From Balanoglossus misakiensis (Eukaryota > Animalia > Hemichordata): DNA of 64,000 nt. The stretch lies in the NCBI GenBank assembly GCA_040954595.2, contig CM082591.2:1337645-1401644 (forward strand), written 5' to 3'. Numbering within the stretch: position 1 is the first letter of the stretch; every line of letters begins with the position of its first letter. The translations under genes were made by a program, and so were the position numbers. Below, piece by piece: positions 49,034-62,500 of the stretch. Below the pieces are notes generated by a model that saw only the letters and a list, made by a program, of their open reading frames with translations, was not told where the DNA came from and searched no databases.

Positions 49034-50521
49034 ATGTCTACACCCGTCGACGCAGATACCCTTGATGTTACGCAGAAGTCTTTCGAAAGACGAAGACGAC
49101 AGAGGAAATCGCGTCACACACGAAGTAAGTTGCCAAGTAACAATCAATGTTACTTTTACCCTCAGTGGTGCCTACACGTTTTTGATTAATGTCACTTCTT
49201 TCGCAGCTTTTGCCTGGGCATTTTTGATGTTGAACGCCATTTTTATTCGGGGTTTAATGTTCAACTGACATCATTTTTTTCATTTCATGTAGGAATATGC
49301 ATTAAAAGAGAACTTAATGTTCTGGACGAAGAAGAATTGGTACAGAGTTTAGTTACCACTGAAAGAACGCATGATGATCATGATGACGTCCGTGTCAAGA
49401 CAGAAGAAATGCAAAACTCTCCCGGTAGAGGGAGTCACGCCACCTTGCAACACGACTCTCCCCCATCATCCACAGCGTCTTACTCGGATTGCCATGGCGA
49501 CAACAGCTTCTGGGAAACGACCGACGACTGGAAGGCCGACACCGATGACTTCATCAGGTCGAGAATTTCGAAGACGCCATTTTGTATGTGGCAAGGTGAA
49601 CTTGTGTGGAAGCAGGTAAATCTTCATTCCAATAAAACCTAACTAAAATATTTTGCATAACATATGAATGTTCAATGGTGTTTCTTGTTGTTTTGTTGTT
49701 TAGCCATTCAATACTTCAATTTGTTGCACAGACTTTTGCTTAAGCGTTAAGCCCCACATTGACCAAATGCTTCCATTTGTATTTTGCCAATTTCAGCCCT
49801 GGGACGCGTCGATCAAGAACATAGAGTGTCGCCTTGACGGAATTCTCGAAGATTTGCCGCACTTCATCCATTTGAATTGGTTTTCAACTTTGAGACTCTA
49901 TCTTTTCCCAGTAGAAATTATGGTAAGTACTTTAAGAGAGAATAATATTACGTTGTCATTTTCGAGGCGTATTCTACCTTAAGGGACTGTCGAGATATTG
50001 CCTTTTTCATAATTATGGTTGGACACACCTTATGATGAGTGCAATGCATTCACCATTCTAATATCCTGTATTCGTACTTTTCCATTGCAGGCAAAATTAG
50101 AAGATTGTCTCCATGACGACGTAGCTGCACACTGCCTTCTGTCCACAGAGAACATGAATGCATATCAAAGTCTTTCAGAAACACTGACAACGCATTACGT
50201 AAGCAGAATATGATTTTTTTCTTTTTTAAATGTGTGAGAGTATTTCCAAAATGATTTCGATGAGAGCCTCACGTTTACCTGTCTAATCATTGCTCTCTGT
50301 TGACTCATTCATTACAGGCTGGGATTATAAGAGTTACAACAGACGACAACGCATCGAAGACATTAGTTGTACGGTATGATCCCGTCAGCAATTCTTTGAT
50401 TGTCTTAGTTCCCCGCCACAACGAAGAGTTCAACCATCGATTCAGAAATGTTGCCGTGGTACACCTGGCGATCTATGATTCTTGGTGTAGTGCTGGTTAC
50501 AAGAGACAGCTTGAAGTTTGA
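49034..50521 (+). CDS. Gene D: second stand-alone MED25/PTOV (ACID)-like domain protein, paralogue of gene C
   Basis: Exons 49034-49124, 49293-49615, 49797-49922, 50091-50198 and 50318-50521 are in phase. PFCMWQGELVWKQ|PWD...LRLYLFPVEIM|AKLEDCL...LTTHY|AGIIRV...LVVRYD...LIVLVPRHNEEFNHRF; intron positions within the domain match gene C. Confidence 0.72.
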
Positions 50522-50913
50522 CAGTTGAGTATTTTCGAAACTAAGCGATGCAATCGGAGATTATTTTCTATAGAATGTTAATTTATTTGACCGACTCGTG
50601 CATAGTAGCTGCACTGATTGTAACAGGTACTACTTGGTTGACGATGTTTCCTTTACTACACACATGTATTAGAATCATGTTTCAGTAATTGACGTCCACA
50701 ATTTTGTGTACAAAGAAAATGTTATCAAGGGCACATGGAACAATGCTTAGCCCGTCTGTTATTTACTGTCAATAAAATTAAAATTAAGAAACGATGATAA
50801 AGATTCGCGTGTGTTTCATTCGAGTCGAGTCTTATGTATCAAGCAATTATTGTAGTGACGTAGTCAATATGCAGATTTGCTCTCATAGAGAGCGTATACA
50901 CCCACAATGAACT

Positions 50914-53218
50914 TCAGGGCATCAGGGGTTTCCTTGACGACACCAGAAATAAAGGGATGTCTCTTTTAATCACAGTCTCCTCCGGTGGCGTTTCTACACC
51001 CAGAATTTCCATCATGCTACAAAATAAACAAATTCTTGTCAATGAAATATAACTACTTCGGCTGTTAATGGTTAAAGTCCCAGTAACACTTTCCAGGTTG
51101 AAGAAAATAATTTCAGTGTCAATAAATTTGTTGACGTTGCCATGTGTTGAAAAATAATAGTTATGGTAAACTAGTAATACACTGACCTGTTTTGTAATTC
51201 CCAGAGAATGTTCTCCGCATTTGGATGTTCCTGCTGGTATTTCTCGAAGAAGGACAAGCTACTAGTATATCCCATAAGGTCAGTTACAGTGATCTCATCT
51301 GACATAACCATGCTGTCATCTCTAAGATGTGACAAAAGCAACATGTTAACATAGATTCATCTACAACGGACGGGCGGATGGATACATTTTGAAAACAAGT
51401 AAAACACCCTTCTCTGCACTATATATAACATCTGTCACGTATTAATCTGCAGAAGTACAAACCTTTCATTATCGTCGTACGGAAGAGGCAGATCTCGATA
51501 ATAATTCCACTGATAGGTATTGCGATATGTCCAGTACTGGCCATATCTTTCGAATAAAGTCTGAAAAAGGTAAAAAAGGAGCCTGTTTATCATGTACACG
51601 ATTAGAACTGCATTGTGGTACATGTGACTAAATTTAGTATTCCACTATATGACTCAAAGTCATACTTACTTTATTATAGAGCTGGGAAAGGGCCTCTGTC
51701 TTGTCTTTAAAGTGTAACGTGTTATTTCTGGACGTGTTGCCATACACCACAAGACAGCCCCCGGGTTTTAACACACGGTCCACCTCAATGTAGAACTTCT
51801 CGATGTCTAACCACTGTATTCCAGTTGCCACGGTGATAAGATCCGCGCTATTCGCTTCCGCAGGAAGGGATTCTGCCGTGCCAACTCTGAAAGAAAGTCC
51901 AAAATGTCTTTAATTATTAATTACACGGGTAATTCGCATTTTTTTAAAACATAGGCCTAACTGTCAATATCAATGATGTGTTAAGAAATGATATGAACTA
52001 AAAAATATACACTCACTGATAAGTAACATTTTGTAACGTTTCTGCAGCTGTAGCCTCTGCGATTTGAGTAGAACTGATGTCTACACCGATCACTTGTTGG
52101 AAATATTTGGCTATAATCCGGGTTCCTAGTCCTGTTCCACATGCCACGTCCAGTGCTAGTGTATATGGGGGTTCTCTCTACGGCAGAAATGATAAAATAA
52201 ATTAAATGCCTTAGGCTGCATTCACAAACACCTCTGGAGGGGGGGGGGCGGGAGAATTCAAATTTTTTTACCGCTAATTTTCACATGCCCCCCTTCCGAA
52301 CTGCCAATATTTTCAAATCCCCCCCTTCCGAACTGCCAAAATTTTGAAATCCCCCCCCCCATTGTCTTTCACAGAGCAAAACACATCACCTATCTATCTT
52401 GTAAAAAGAAAAACAGCGCTCCCATGAAAAGAATTTGAAACTGATGTTTCCCCTCATCAGTGGGTATTAAAACTGAACATTGTTTGTATTCTGTGTATGG
52501 AGACTTTGTAAACCGAGAATTGAAGGGGGTGGGTTTGGGAGGGGGTGTCCCCCTCCCACGTAAGAAAATTTTCTAAAATACAGAGCTCAAAGCTGCATTT
52601 TAATGAACCCGGCAAAAGCAAATTAACTCAACTACAGGTATGTTGGGGAGGACAAATTTAACCGTCGGCGCTCAAAGTTATCATGGGGTGGGGCAAGTCC
52701 CCTGACCTGGGACACTAGATAAACCAGTCAATGATTGAAAGGTGTTGATGAATGGAGGGGGTGGGTGTGGGAGGGGGTGTCCCCCTCCCACATGAGAAAA
52801 TTTTGTAAAATAAAGGGCGCGAAACTGCATTTTTGTGGACTCAAAATAAATATTTAGTCGTTAAAGTTTTCAAGTCCCCCCTTTCAGTCCCTAAATTATT
52901 TCAAATCCCCCCCCTCACATACCCTCAATTTTTTCAAATCCCCCCCTCAATTCTCCTGCCCCCCCCTCCAGAGGTGTTTGTGAATGCAGCCTTAATACGT
53001 GATAAAGTACAGTATTTAACCAGAGAATCAAAGTTTTGTGTCTTAATTGTATTTGTAAAGTACTGAAGTAGAAATTACGACTAATGAATTACCTTCTTTG
53101 CAACACAGGAAAAAATCTTCCCAGGAAGTGATTCTGGATATGGTATACGGTACTGTCTATATTTATGGGATGACAATTTTGACTGGAAAAGATCTGTTTG
53201 CTTATTGCTTGAAGACAT
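50914..53218 (-). CDS. Class I SAM-dependent methyltransferase (Methyltransf_11 type)
   Basis: Exons ~53218-53093, ~52178-52017, ~51887-51670, ~51561-51458, ~51322-51188, ~51017-50914. Motifs YRQYRIPYP, ALDVACGTGLGTR, VIGVDISSTQI, DLITVATGIQWLD, RVLKPGGCL. Confidence 0.88.
52214..52991. mobile_element. MITE / non-autonomous DNA transposon (PIF/Harbinger-like) in the methyltransferase intron
   Basis: TIR GGCTGCATTCACAAACACCTCTGGAGGGGGGG ... CCCCCCCTCCAGAGGTGTTTGTGAATGCAGCC, flanked by TTA on both sides; internal sub-terminal repeats. Confidence 0.8.
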
Positions 53219-53922
53219 GTTGCGTCTCTCTATCAGCTGAGTGCTAAAAAAATAAATAGATATACAGTATTGCATTTTAGTGTCTCGTAGACGAAGCTTT
53301 AAAACTGCATTAGCTGGCAATAAGTGTCTGTAGTACCTTTCCCATAATTTTATTATTCTTTCTTGTGCAGTGTTCTGTGTATTGAAAGATGCTCATTACA
53401 TTTCACACCCATGGTCATGATCATGTGACCCACACAAAGACATACATAGGCACCGTTGACCGGATAATAATAGCTGGAATAAGCAGAGTGTCTATGAGCC
53501 TCGACAATGTGTACAAATAGTGTAATGACCTTACGACTTTTTTCAGGTGTCCCGTGAGCTCGAGTAGCAATGGTGTATACGCGAGAAAACTTCTCGTCGA
53601 TTTGCGCCTGAGCAGTGTCTTCCAGGGTGCTAAACACGTCATCTGATCGTGCTGTTCTGAGTTTGTCAGTCTGTAAATGTCAAAGATTAATTTTTAACCA
53701 GCTATTTAAAGTTATGAATCGTGTAAGATCATGTTTGCAATTTCTGACGAACTTCGATCTTTGACCTGAGCTTATTATCAATAGCTTGGGTGGTCTTTTC
53801 TTGTGATCACATTGAAAACGAGGCTCAGCGGGCATTTTCAAAGTGTTGTTTCGTTCAGATTATTCTACGAGTCTAATGATGATTCTAGGAAAAGGGACAT
53901 AATTTCACTGTCCATAATCGTC

Positions 53923-56900
53923 ATGGAAAGTCCGACTGTTCTTAAAAACGACATAATACCCGAAGATGTGTTATTTTTTGATGATTATGGCTTTGCAGCG
54001 TTCAAACCTGGGTGTGTCATGGACCTCAGCGAAAGCCAGAGATGTCACGAATACAGGTAATGTAAATAAAGTAAACTAGATCTCAAAATGACCGACTCGA
54101 CTTAGTATATCTCTAGACACAGTGCCTCTTTTTTGAGGGACTGTACTATAGACTATGGTATACCAGCGAGAATTGTACGTGTAGTATCTGTACCGTGTGT
54201 ACCGAAGTTGTGTGCTTGTTTATATATAAATAACAGAATGTACTGCTATCGTTTGACGAAAGCACAGTTTACAAATTACGTGATTGCATAATGGTATCTC
54301 TGGGATTATGAGATGAGAAATGATGTTTGAATAAAAATTAGAATGGTGTTCAATAAATATAAATGTCGGCAGAATTAGCGCTGTGTGGTCGGGCTGTGCT
54401 ATGTTGCCTCCAAGGTCCTTCACACATCCCTGCCAGACAAAACTATGTCAGCAAGTGGTCACTCCCCACGAGACAAGAATTGCATAAAAGGTTCAGGTCA
54501 TGATTCAGGTACAATGAACGTTTGTTTTTGTTTGTGTCATGTAGATTTCCCGAACTTTCCCAGTACCAGCTGAATACATGGAGGGATATGCTAAGTGAAT
54601 GGGAAACAACATGGGTACACTCATCAAACAAACTTCGTAATTACATCAAACAAGGAATCCCAAATGGTCTCAGAGGAGCTTTGTGGAAAAATCTCTTGGA
54701 ATGTGATAAAATCAAAAGTACATCAGGCTTTCAATTCAAGGTTTGTATACCCAAAAGCCTTTCCATTTTTTTCAACTTAAATTTGCATTCTGTGATATTA
54801 TTGGTCTCATAACTCACAATTGGGGAGGGGTGTCTTTTTCATGATTCTCACAATGAGCAAGTTATTAGTGAGTAGTTTGGGATCATTTGATCCATACTGT
54901 CTGAAAATCAAGGTCTGATTTTGAAATCAGTATGAATCCACATACACTTTTCAGCCACATGGCTTTATTTCTTAGTAACACAGTCTGTTTCATTGCATGG
55001 CTTTTTCAGGAAAATTTGCTGTTAGTGCGATCACAGTTGGTTGATCTGGGGATAAGCGAGTACGGAGACAGCAAGAGCGCGATGGAACTTCACACGGACG
55101 AGTTCTTGGTGGAGCACAAGGATCAAGTCTACGACATGAAAACGAACAACAAAATTCCGATAACGGTGCTGAGACAGATCTTCTTAGATCTAGGTGAGTC
55201 TTGCATCAGACGTAGATCAACAAGTTTTGTTGCTGATGTCTGTCAAAATTGGTAAATGTTTTTACAATCCCTGTAACACTTCTGGAACAAGTATTGGTAT
55301 AGACAGGTTTCCAGATTAGAAAGGGTTCGGTAAAGATAGGTTTCACTGTATCAAAATGTTGACATACATTTCCTTCTTTTCTGACAGAGAGGACATTTCC
55401 AACACATCAAATGTTCATGGGAAGACTGACAGAGGCCAAAGAAGGCAGAGCAAGTCTTTTCAGAGTGTTGTCAGTCTATGCCAGATATAACCCAAATGTT
55501 GGATACTGCCAAGGTAACATACAAAGCCTATTTCTGAAACTCATAATAGTTTACCAGGGCTCGAAATTAGCAGTAGTTATATGCCATTTGACTACCAATT
55601 GCTCTTTACTAACTACTAACTTCGCAAAATGGTAGTCACCACTGTTTTCATATTTTGGGCCTTCAGAATTTTTCTTGTTAGCTGCATACAATGGGTTAAA
55701 GACACTTTCATGATTCTGTGTCTTCCATGTGTATATCTAGGGATGGGTTACATAGCAGCCATGTTTCTGATGCACATGAATGAAGAGAATGCCTTCTGGT
55801 GTGTGGTGTCACTTTTCGAGAGACCCAAATACTTGTACGGCTATTTTGAAGACAACATGCACAGGTAAGAAAATGTCAACAGTATATCACTCTGTGACGT
55901 GGTCAAGTGTCATTAAACTTTGATCTTCTATTCCTGTACTTGGTTGTACCTCTCGCTTCAGGAACTGTATATCGATTTTATTTACTTCACTTCACTTCTA
56001 TCATGCTTTCTTTTTTCCTCTCAGAATTCGGAAACACGCCGCAGTCTTCCACAAACTGATGCATCAGAGATTTCCTAAACTTTCGTACAGACTGGTAAGT
56101 TTTCTATGTAACACTGATGTTTTTGAATAATTCAGCATTGATTGATGAGTTGTGATATCTAAAGAGGTCAACAACACTTGCCAAGATTGAGCAAATCAAC
56201 AAGCTGAGAATAACAGTACATGTAATACGTTTTCATGATTCCACATTGCATTAACTCTACATGAATAAAGTTTTGACTGAACCATTATTGCAGATATTTT
56301 AAATATATTCCCAAACTATGTATTTCTACCCCACAATATTTATTTTTATTTATCTGATCATTTCCTAGGACTGCCAGGGTTTGGACCCTCTTATGTATGT
56401 AACTCAATGGTTTCTCTGTCTGTATACATCACTGCCATGTTGGGATACAGTATTAGCGATTTGGGATCTCATCCTTCTTGATGGTAAGTGATGGTCATTT
56501 GAGTTTTGTTCAGAGTCAGTCAATTTCCATCTGTGTGGTTGAACCACAGTCTCCCATCACTGGAGAGAATTTGGTTGAATCAATTACATCTGCAACTTAC
56601 AGTTACTGACAATTCTGTCTACTTTCCATTATCTGATTGTTTTCCAGGTTTCCCGGTGATATTCCGGGTGGGATTAGCCATCTTACAAGTCTACCAGGAT
56701 GACTTGTTGCAGACCATGGACATGAACTTTGCACTTCCAAAACTCCTCAGACCAAAAGTAGAATTGTAAGTACTTCAGAGGTGCATACTGTCACCTTCAT
56801 GTATAATTTACATATGTCTGTTTATGATTAAAATTTATTTTGGTTATAGCTGTGTATAGTTTTAGTCCCATTGGTGTTTGTTTTGGACAAGTTCTAATGC

Positions 56901-58944
56901 ACTTTTTGGGTGTAATTGAATCTTTTTCAATATTTTAGAATCAAGTACCACGTGTTTACTCCAGTTCTTTGGAACACGGAAGTTCACAAATGGGAAATAG
57001 ATACACTTCTTGCAGTTTTGGAAGAAGAGGAAAGAAACAAAGTCAAACCAGGTATGTACAGTACAGATCATTTTTTATTTTCCGATTTGCTTAATTATTG
57101 CTTGGCTAATATTGTCAGTTTTTTTTCCTCTTGCATCCTCAACTGGAATCTTCAAGTAATTATTTTTTTTTTATCCTCAGGCAGCAAGAGGCAGCTTCGA
57201 AGTTCGCGTGGGGAGTTTGCAGGAAAGTCGCCTCAAGCCAATAAAAAGAGGAAATTATCCGATGATGAAAATGGTAAGTTGAAGAAATATGCTTGTGTGG
57301 TACACAATTCAAAATCCGTGGGTGTGTAGTATATTTTGGAGCAAGTGTTTATGGAGGTCATTCCTATAATCATGATTTGTGGAAGAATGAAAACAATCTG
57401 AACTTGTTTGTTTATGTTTTGCTTTTCCAGATGGTCGGTCTCTTTTCTCGAAGTTTGTTAATATCTTCACACCTACAAGTCAACGTCAACAGTCCCAAAT
57501 GAATGAATCATCAGGAGCCAAGATTAAGAAAGGTCCCGGGAAAGCCTTACCAACTGCTTCAAGAACTAGCCAATCAGAATCAAGAACACATCAGTATTAT
57601 CTCAGACACAGACTCAGCCAATCAGGACACAGAACTCATTTCCAGTACGAGTCAGTCAGCCTCAAGAAAGACAGACACGAGAAGGAAAACAAAGTTTCTA
57701 AAGGTCTGAGGTCAACAGGTGAAGATGACCATCTCTCTCCTTGCCAGATTGCCACAGAAGAAAGGTTTGTCAGCATTTATGTGCATGTACAACAGTTTTA
57801 AAATAAGTATAGAATTTATTGTGACCGGATTTAAAAACCTAATAGCTGCCGTAGATTTTCCATAAATTGAAAATGATTATTGTTTGTCGACTAATGAGTA
57901 GGAGAAGACTGAAGTGTTTCATTGATTAAAAATATGCTAGAAGATGGAGCTATTGGGGCTTTGATCTGTACTGTGCTTTCACTGAAAGGTGTCATGTCCT
58001 GTCATTTCATCCAGCTTTTTATCACCAATGTCAAGTCCATCAATACATAGCAGACATCTTCGGAAACCTCACCGACGCCTATCAGCAAGCCCAGGTTTTC
58101 GTTGCAGTCCCCGACTGGCAGCCACTGCACATCAGCAAACGCCAAGCACAAATCAGTGTGTGAAACATAACACCATGAATGTACCATCATCAAGGAAGAT
58201 TGTTAGTAGGTTAGTGTCATGATGAGCCAGCTGGTCATCTATGTGTTTGCCCCTCTATGCTGCATGAGTGGTCAAGTTGTCTCCTATTCCACTTTCACAA
58301 GATCACATCATGTTGTCACCTACTCATTCAGCCAATCAAAACACAATCTTGAAATATCATTGAGATAAAAATAAGAGCAGAAATCATTTCCTGTTTGCCA
58401 TCCAAGGTTTCAAAAAAGCAAATCAATATTTTCAAGAAGATATTTGTGAACCAAGAATTAACTTTTTGTTTCCATATTTGCATTTTTTTTTTAATTTCAG
58501 CAAGGCCAAAACTCAATATTCTTTTAAGGTGTTCAACTCACAGACACCACTGAGGGCTTCACAGGTAAGAACAATTTTAGACTTTGACTTTCGCCCTCAG
58601 TTCCCCTCTACAGAAGACTAACTTTACCACAATCTGCTGAAGGAGATTGTGGTCGCAAATTTTGTTCAGCCATTTGCATAGTCTTACAAAATGTCAGTAG
58701 TACAATTCAAATACATGCTGAACTTGATCAACTCAATCTATTGCTCTGGATTTAAATACCATTGTCATTCTTGTGAAGTTTTCATTTTTTTTTCTTCTTC
58801 GGTTTTCTGAAGATGATGGAGCAGAATGCAGATTGCTGCTATTCTAGTCCTGATGTGGAATTACAACCCATGAATCTTGAAGCAGTGTATAAGAGCCGTC
58901 GAGGAAGCTCTCAGTCCACACCGCCAATACCAGATGTCTTGTAG
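53923..58944 (+). CDS. TBC-domain Rab GTPase-activating protein with low-complexity basic C-terminal tail
   Basis: Multi-exon. FDDYGF, KLRNYIKQGIPNGLRGALWKNLL, QIFLDL|ERTFP (Arg finger IxxDxxRT), ARYNPNVGYCQ|GMGYIAAMFL (Gln finger), EENAFW, QWFLCLY, AIWDLILLDGFPVIFRVGLAIL. The 3' exon boundaries and the stop at 58944 are less certain. Confidence 0.85.
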
Positions 58945-59599
58945 TCATTATGTCCAATAAACCGTCTTCAACCATCATGTAAACTCAGCTCAACAATTCT
59001 AACAATTGTCACATTTTTACAGGACTTTTGAAATCTAGCATTTTGTAGCGACGACTATCCCATTCAGATCAAGCTTAAAAAATGGAAAATTTTCTGAAAA
59101 CAATGATTTGTAATTGCCAATCATATTGGAACTTGTATTTCTGATATTGTAATATTTTGAAGAAAAGTCCTAATCAGGTAGCTATGCTGCAATATTTTGA
59201 ACAGACATTTTTCATGTCGTAATATGTCAAACTTTTGCCAGTATTGACAAAGATTTCTTGAACGGCTGGATGCGGCTGCACAGTCTTCAGTCTTTACTTG
59301 TGAGGGAAAAACTCGACTCCTTATTCCAACTCATTTCTGAATATAGCAGATGCTGACTATGCAAATTTGACTTGAGCTTAATTATATCACAAACTGAACG
59401 ATATCTAGAAATGACATCTTTTGGATCAATCTTGGAGGGGTTGGTGGGAGAGATGGTTTGGGTGGAAGGGTGAAGTTATTTTTATTCTTAGTTCCAACTG
59501 ATGAGATAACATGTAGTATAATCTTTGTGAATAAAGTGGTATTTAATAAAGCTATGATGTTGCAAGTAAGTTTGACTTGTTTCTAAAAAATGAAGAAAT

Positions 59600-62500
59600 T
59601 TCAACATTTTCCTGAGCTATAACCCATGGTTTTTTCAAAAAATGACCAAATTTCGAAAATTCGCAAAGTCGAAAAATCGTCGATTTTTCAACATTTTCCT
59701 GAGCTCTAACCCATGGTTTTTTCAAAAAATGACCAAATTTCGAAAATTCGCAAAGTCGAAAAATCGTCGATTTTTCAACATTTTCCTGAGCTATAACCCA
59801 TGGTTTTTTCAAAAAATGACCAAATTTCGAAAATTCGCAAAGTCGAAAAATCGTCGATTTTTCAACATTTTCCTGAGCTATAACCCATGGTTTTTTCAAA
59901 AAATGACCAAATTTCGAAAATTCGCAAAGTCGAAAAATCGTCGATTTTTCAACATTTTCCTGAGCTATAACCCATGGTTTTTTCAAAAAATGACCAAATT
60001 TCGAAAATTCGCAAAGTCGAAAAATCGTCGATTTTTCAACATTTTCCTGAGCTATAACCCATGGTTTTTTCAAAAAATGACCAAATTTCGAAAATTCGCA
60101 AAGTCGAAAAATCGTCGATTTTTCAACATTTTCCTGAGCTATAACCCATGGTTTTTTCAAAAAATGACCAAATTTCGAAAATTCGCAAAGTCGAAAAATC
60201 GTCGATTTTTCAACATTTTCCTGAGCTATAACCCATGGTTTTTTCAAAAAATGACCAAATTTCGAAAATTCGCAAAGTCGAAAAATCGTCGATTTTTCAA
60301 CATTTTCCTGAGCTATAACCCATGGTTTTTTCAAAAAATGACCAAATTTCGAAAATTCGCAAAGTCGAAAAATCGTCGATTTTTCAACATTTTCCTGAGC
60401 TATAACCCATGGTTTTTTCAAAAAATGACCAAATTTCGAAAATTCGCAAAGTCGAAAAATCGTCGATTTTTCAACATTTTCCTGAGCTATAACCCATGGT
60501 TTTTTCAAAAAATGACCAAATTTCGAAAATTCGCAAAGTCGAAAAATCGTCGATTTTTCAACATTTTCCTGAGCTATAACCCATGGTTTTTTCAAAAAAT
60601 GACCAAATTTCGAAAATTCGCAAAGTCGAAAAATCGTCAATTTTTCAACATTTTCCTGAGCTATAACCCATGGTTTTTTCAAAAAATGACCAAATTTCGA
60701 AAATTCGCAAAGTCGAAAAATCGTCGATTTTTCAACATTTTCCTGAGCTATAACCCATGTTTTTTTCAAAAAATGACCAAATTTCGAAAATTCGCAAAGT
60801 CGAAAAATCGTCGATTTTTCAACATTTTCCTGAGCTATAACCCATGTTTTTTTCAAAAAATGACCAAATTTCGAAAATTCGCAAAGTCGAAAAATCGTCG
60901 ATTTTTCAACATTTTCCTGAGCTATAACCCATGGTTTTTTCAAAAAATGACCAAATTTCGAAAATTCGCAAAGTCGAAAAATCGTCGATTTTTCAACATT
61001 TTCCTGAGCTATAACCCATGGTTTTTTCAAAAAATGACCAAATTTCGAAAATTCGCAAAGTCGAAAAATCGTCGATTTTTCAACATTTTCCTGAGCTATA
61101 ACCCATGGTTTTTTCAAAAAATGACCAAATTTCGAAAATTCGCAAAGTCGAAAAATCGTCGATTTTTCAACATTTTCCTGAGCTATAACCCATGGTTTTT
61201 TCAAAAAATGACCAAATTTCGAAAATTCGCAAAGTCGAAAAATCGTCGATTTTTCAACATTTTCCTGAGCTATAACCCATGGTTTTTTCAAAAAATGACC
61301 AAATTTCGAAAATTCGCAAAGTCGAAAAATCGTCGATTTTTCAACATTTTCCTGAGCTATAACCCATGGTTTTTTCAAAAAATGACCAAATTTCGAAAAT
61401 TCGCAAAGTCGAAAAATCGTCGATTTTTCAACATTTTCCTGAGCTATAACCCATGGTTTTTTCAAAAAATGACCAAATTTCGAAAATTCGCAAAGTCGAA
61501 AAATCGTCGATTTTTCAACATTTTCCTGAGCTATAACCCATGGTTTTTTCAAAAAATGACCAAATTTCGAAAATTCGCAAAGTCGAAAAATCGTCGATTT
61601 TTCAACATTTTCCTGAGCTATAACCCATGGTTTTTTCAAAAAATGACCAAATTTCGAAAATTCGCAAAGTCGAAAAATCGTCGATTTTTCAACATTTTCC
61701 TGAGCTATAACCCATGGTTTTTTCAAAAAATGACCAAATTTCGAAAATTCGCAAAGTCGAAAAATCGTCGATTTTTCAACATTTTCCTGAGCTATAACCC
61801 ATGGTTTTTTCAAAAAATGACCAAATTTCGAAAATTCGCAAAGTCGAAAAATCGTCGATTTTTCAACATTTTCCTGAGCTATAACCCATGGTTTTTCAAA
61901 AAATGACCAAATTTCGAAAATTCGCAAAGTCGAAAAATCGTCGATTTTTCAACATTTTCCTGAGCTATAACCCATGGTTTTTTCAAAAAATGACCAAATT
62001 TCGAAAATTCGCAAAGTCGAAAAATCGTCGATTTTTCAACATTTTCCTGAGCTATAACCCATGGTTTTTTTCAAAAAATGACCAAATTTCGAAAATTCGC
62101 AAAGTCGAAAAATCGTCGATTTTTCAACATTTTCCTGAGCTATAACCCATGGTTTTTTCAAAAAATGACCAAATTTCGAAAATTCGCAAAGTCGAAAAAT
62201 CGTCGATTTTTCAACATTTTCCTGAGCTATAACCCATGGTTTTTTCAAAAAATGACCAAATTTCGAAAATTCGCAAAGTCGAAAAATCGTCGATTTTTCA
62301 ACATTTTCCTGAGCTATAACCCATGGTTTTTTCAAAAAATGACCAAATTTCGAAAATTCGCAAAGTCGAAAAATCGTCGATTTTTCAACATTTTCCTGAG
62401 CTATAAACCATGGTTTTTTCAAAAAATGACCAAATTTCGAAAATTCGCAAAGTCGAAAAATCGTCGATTTTTCAACATTTTCCTGAGCTATAACCCATGG

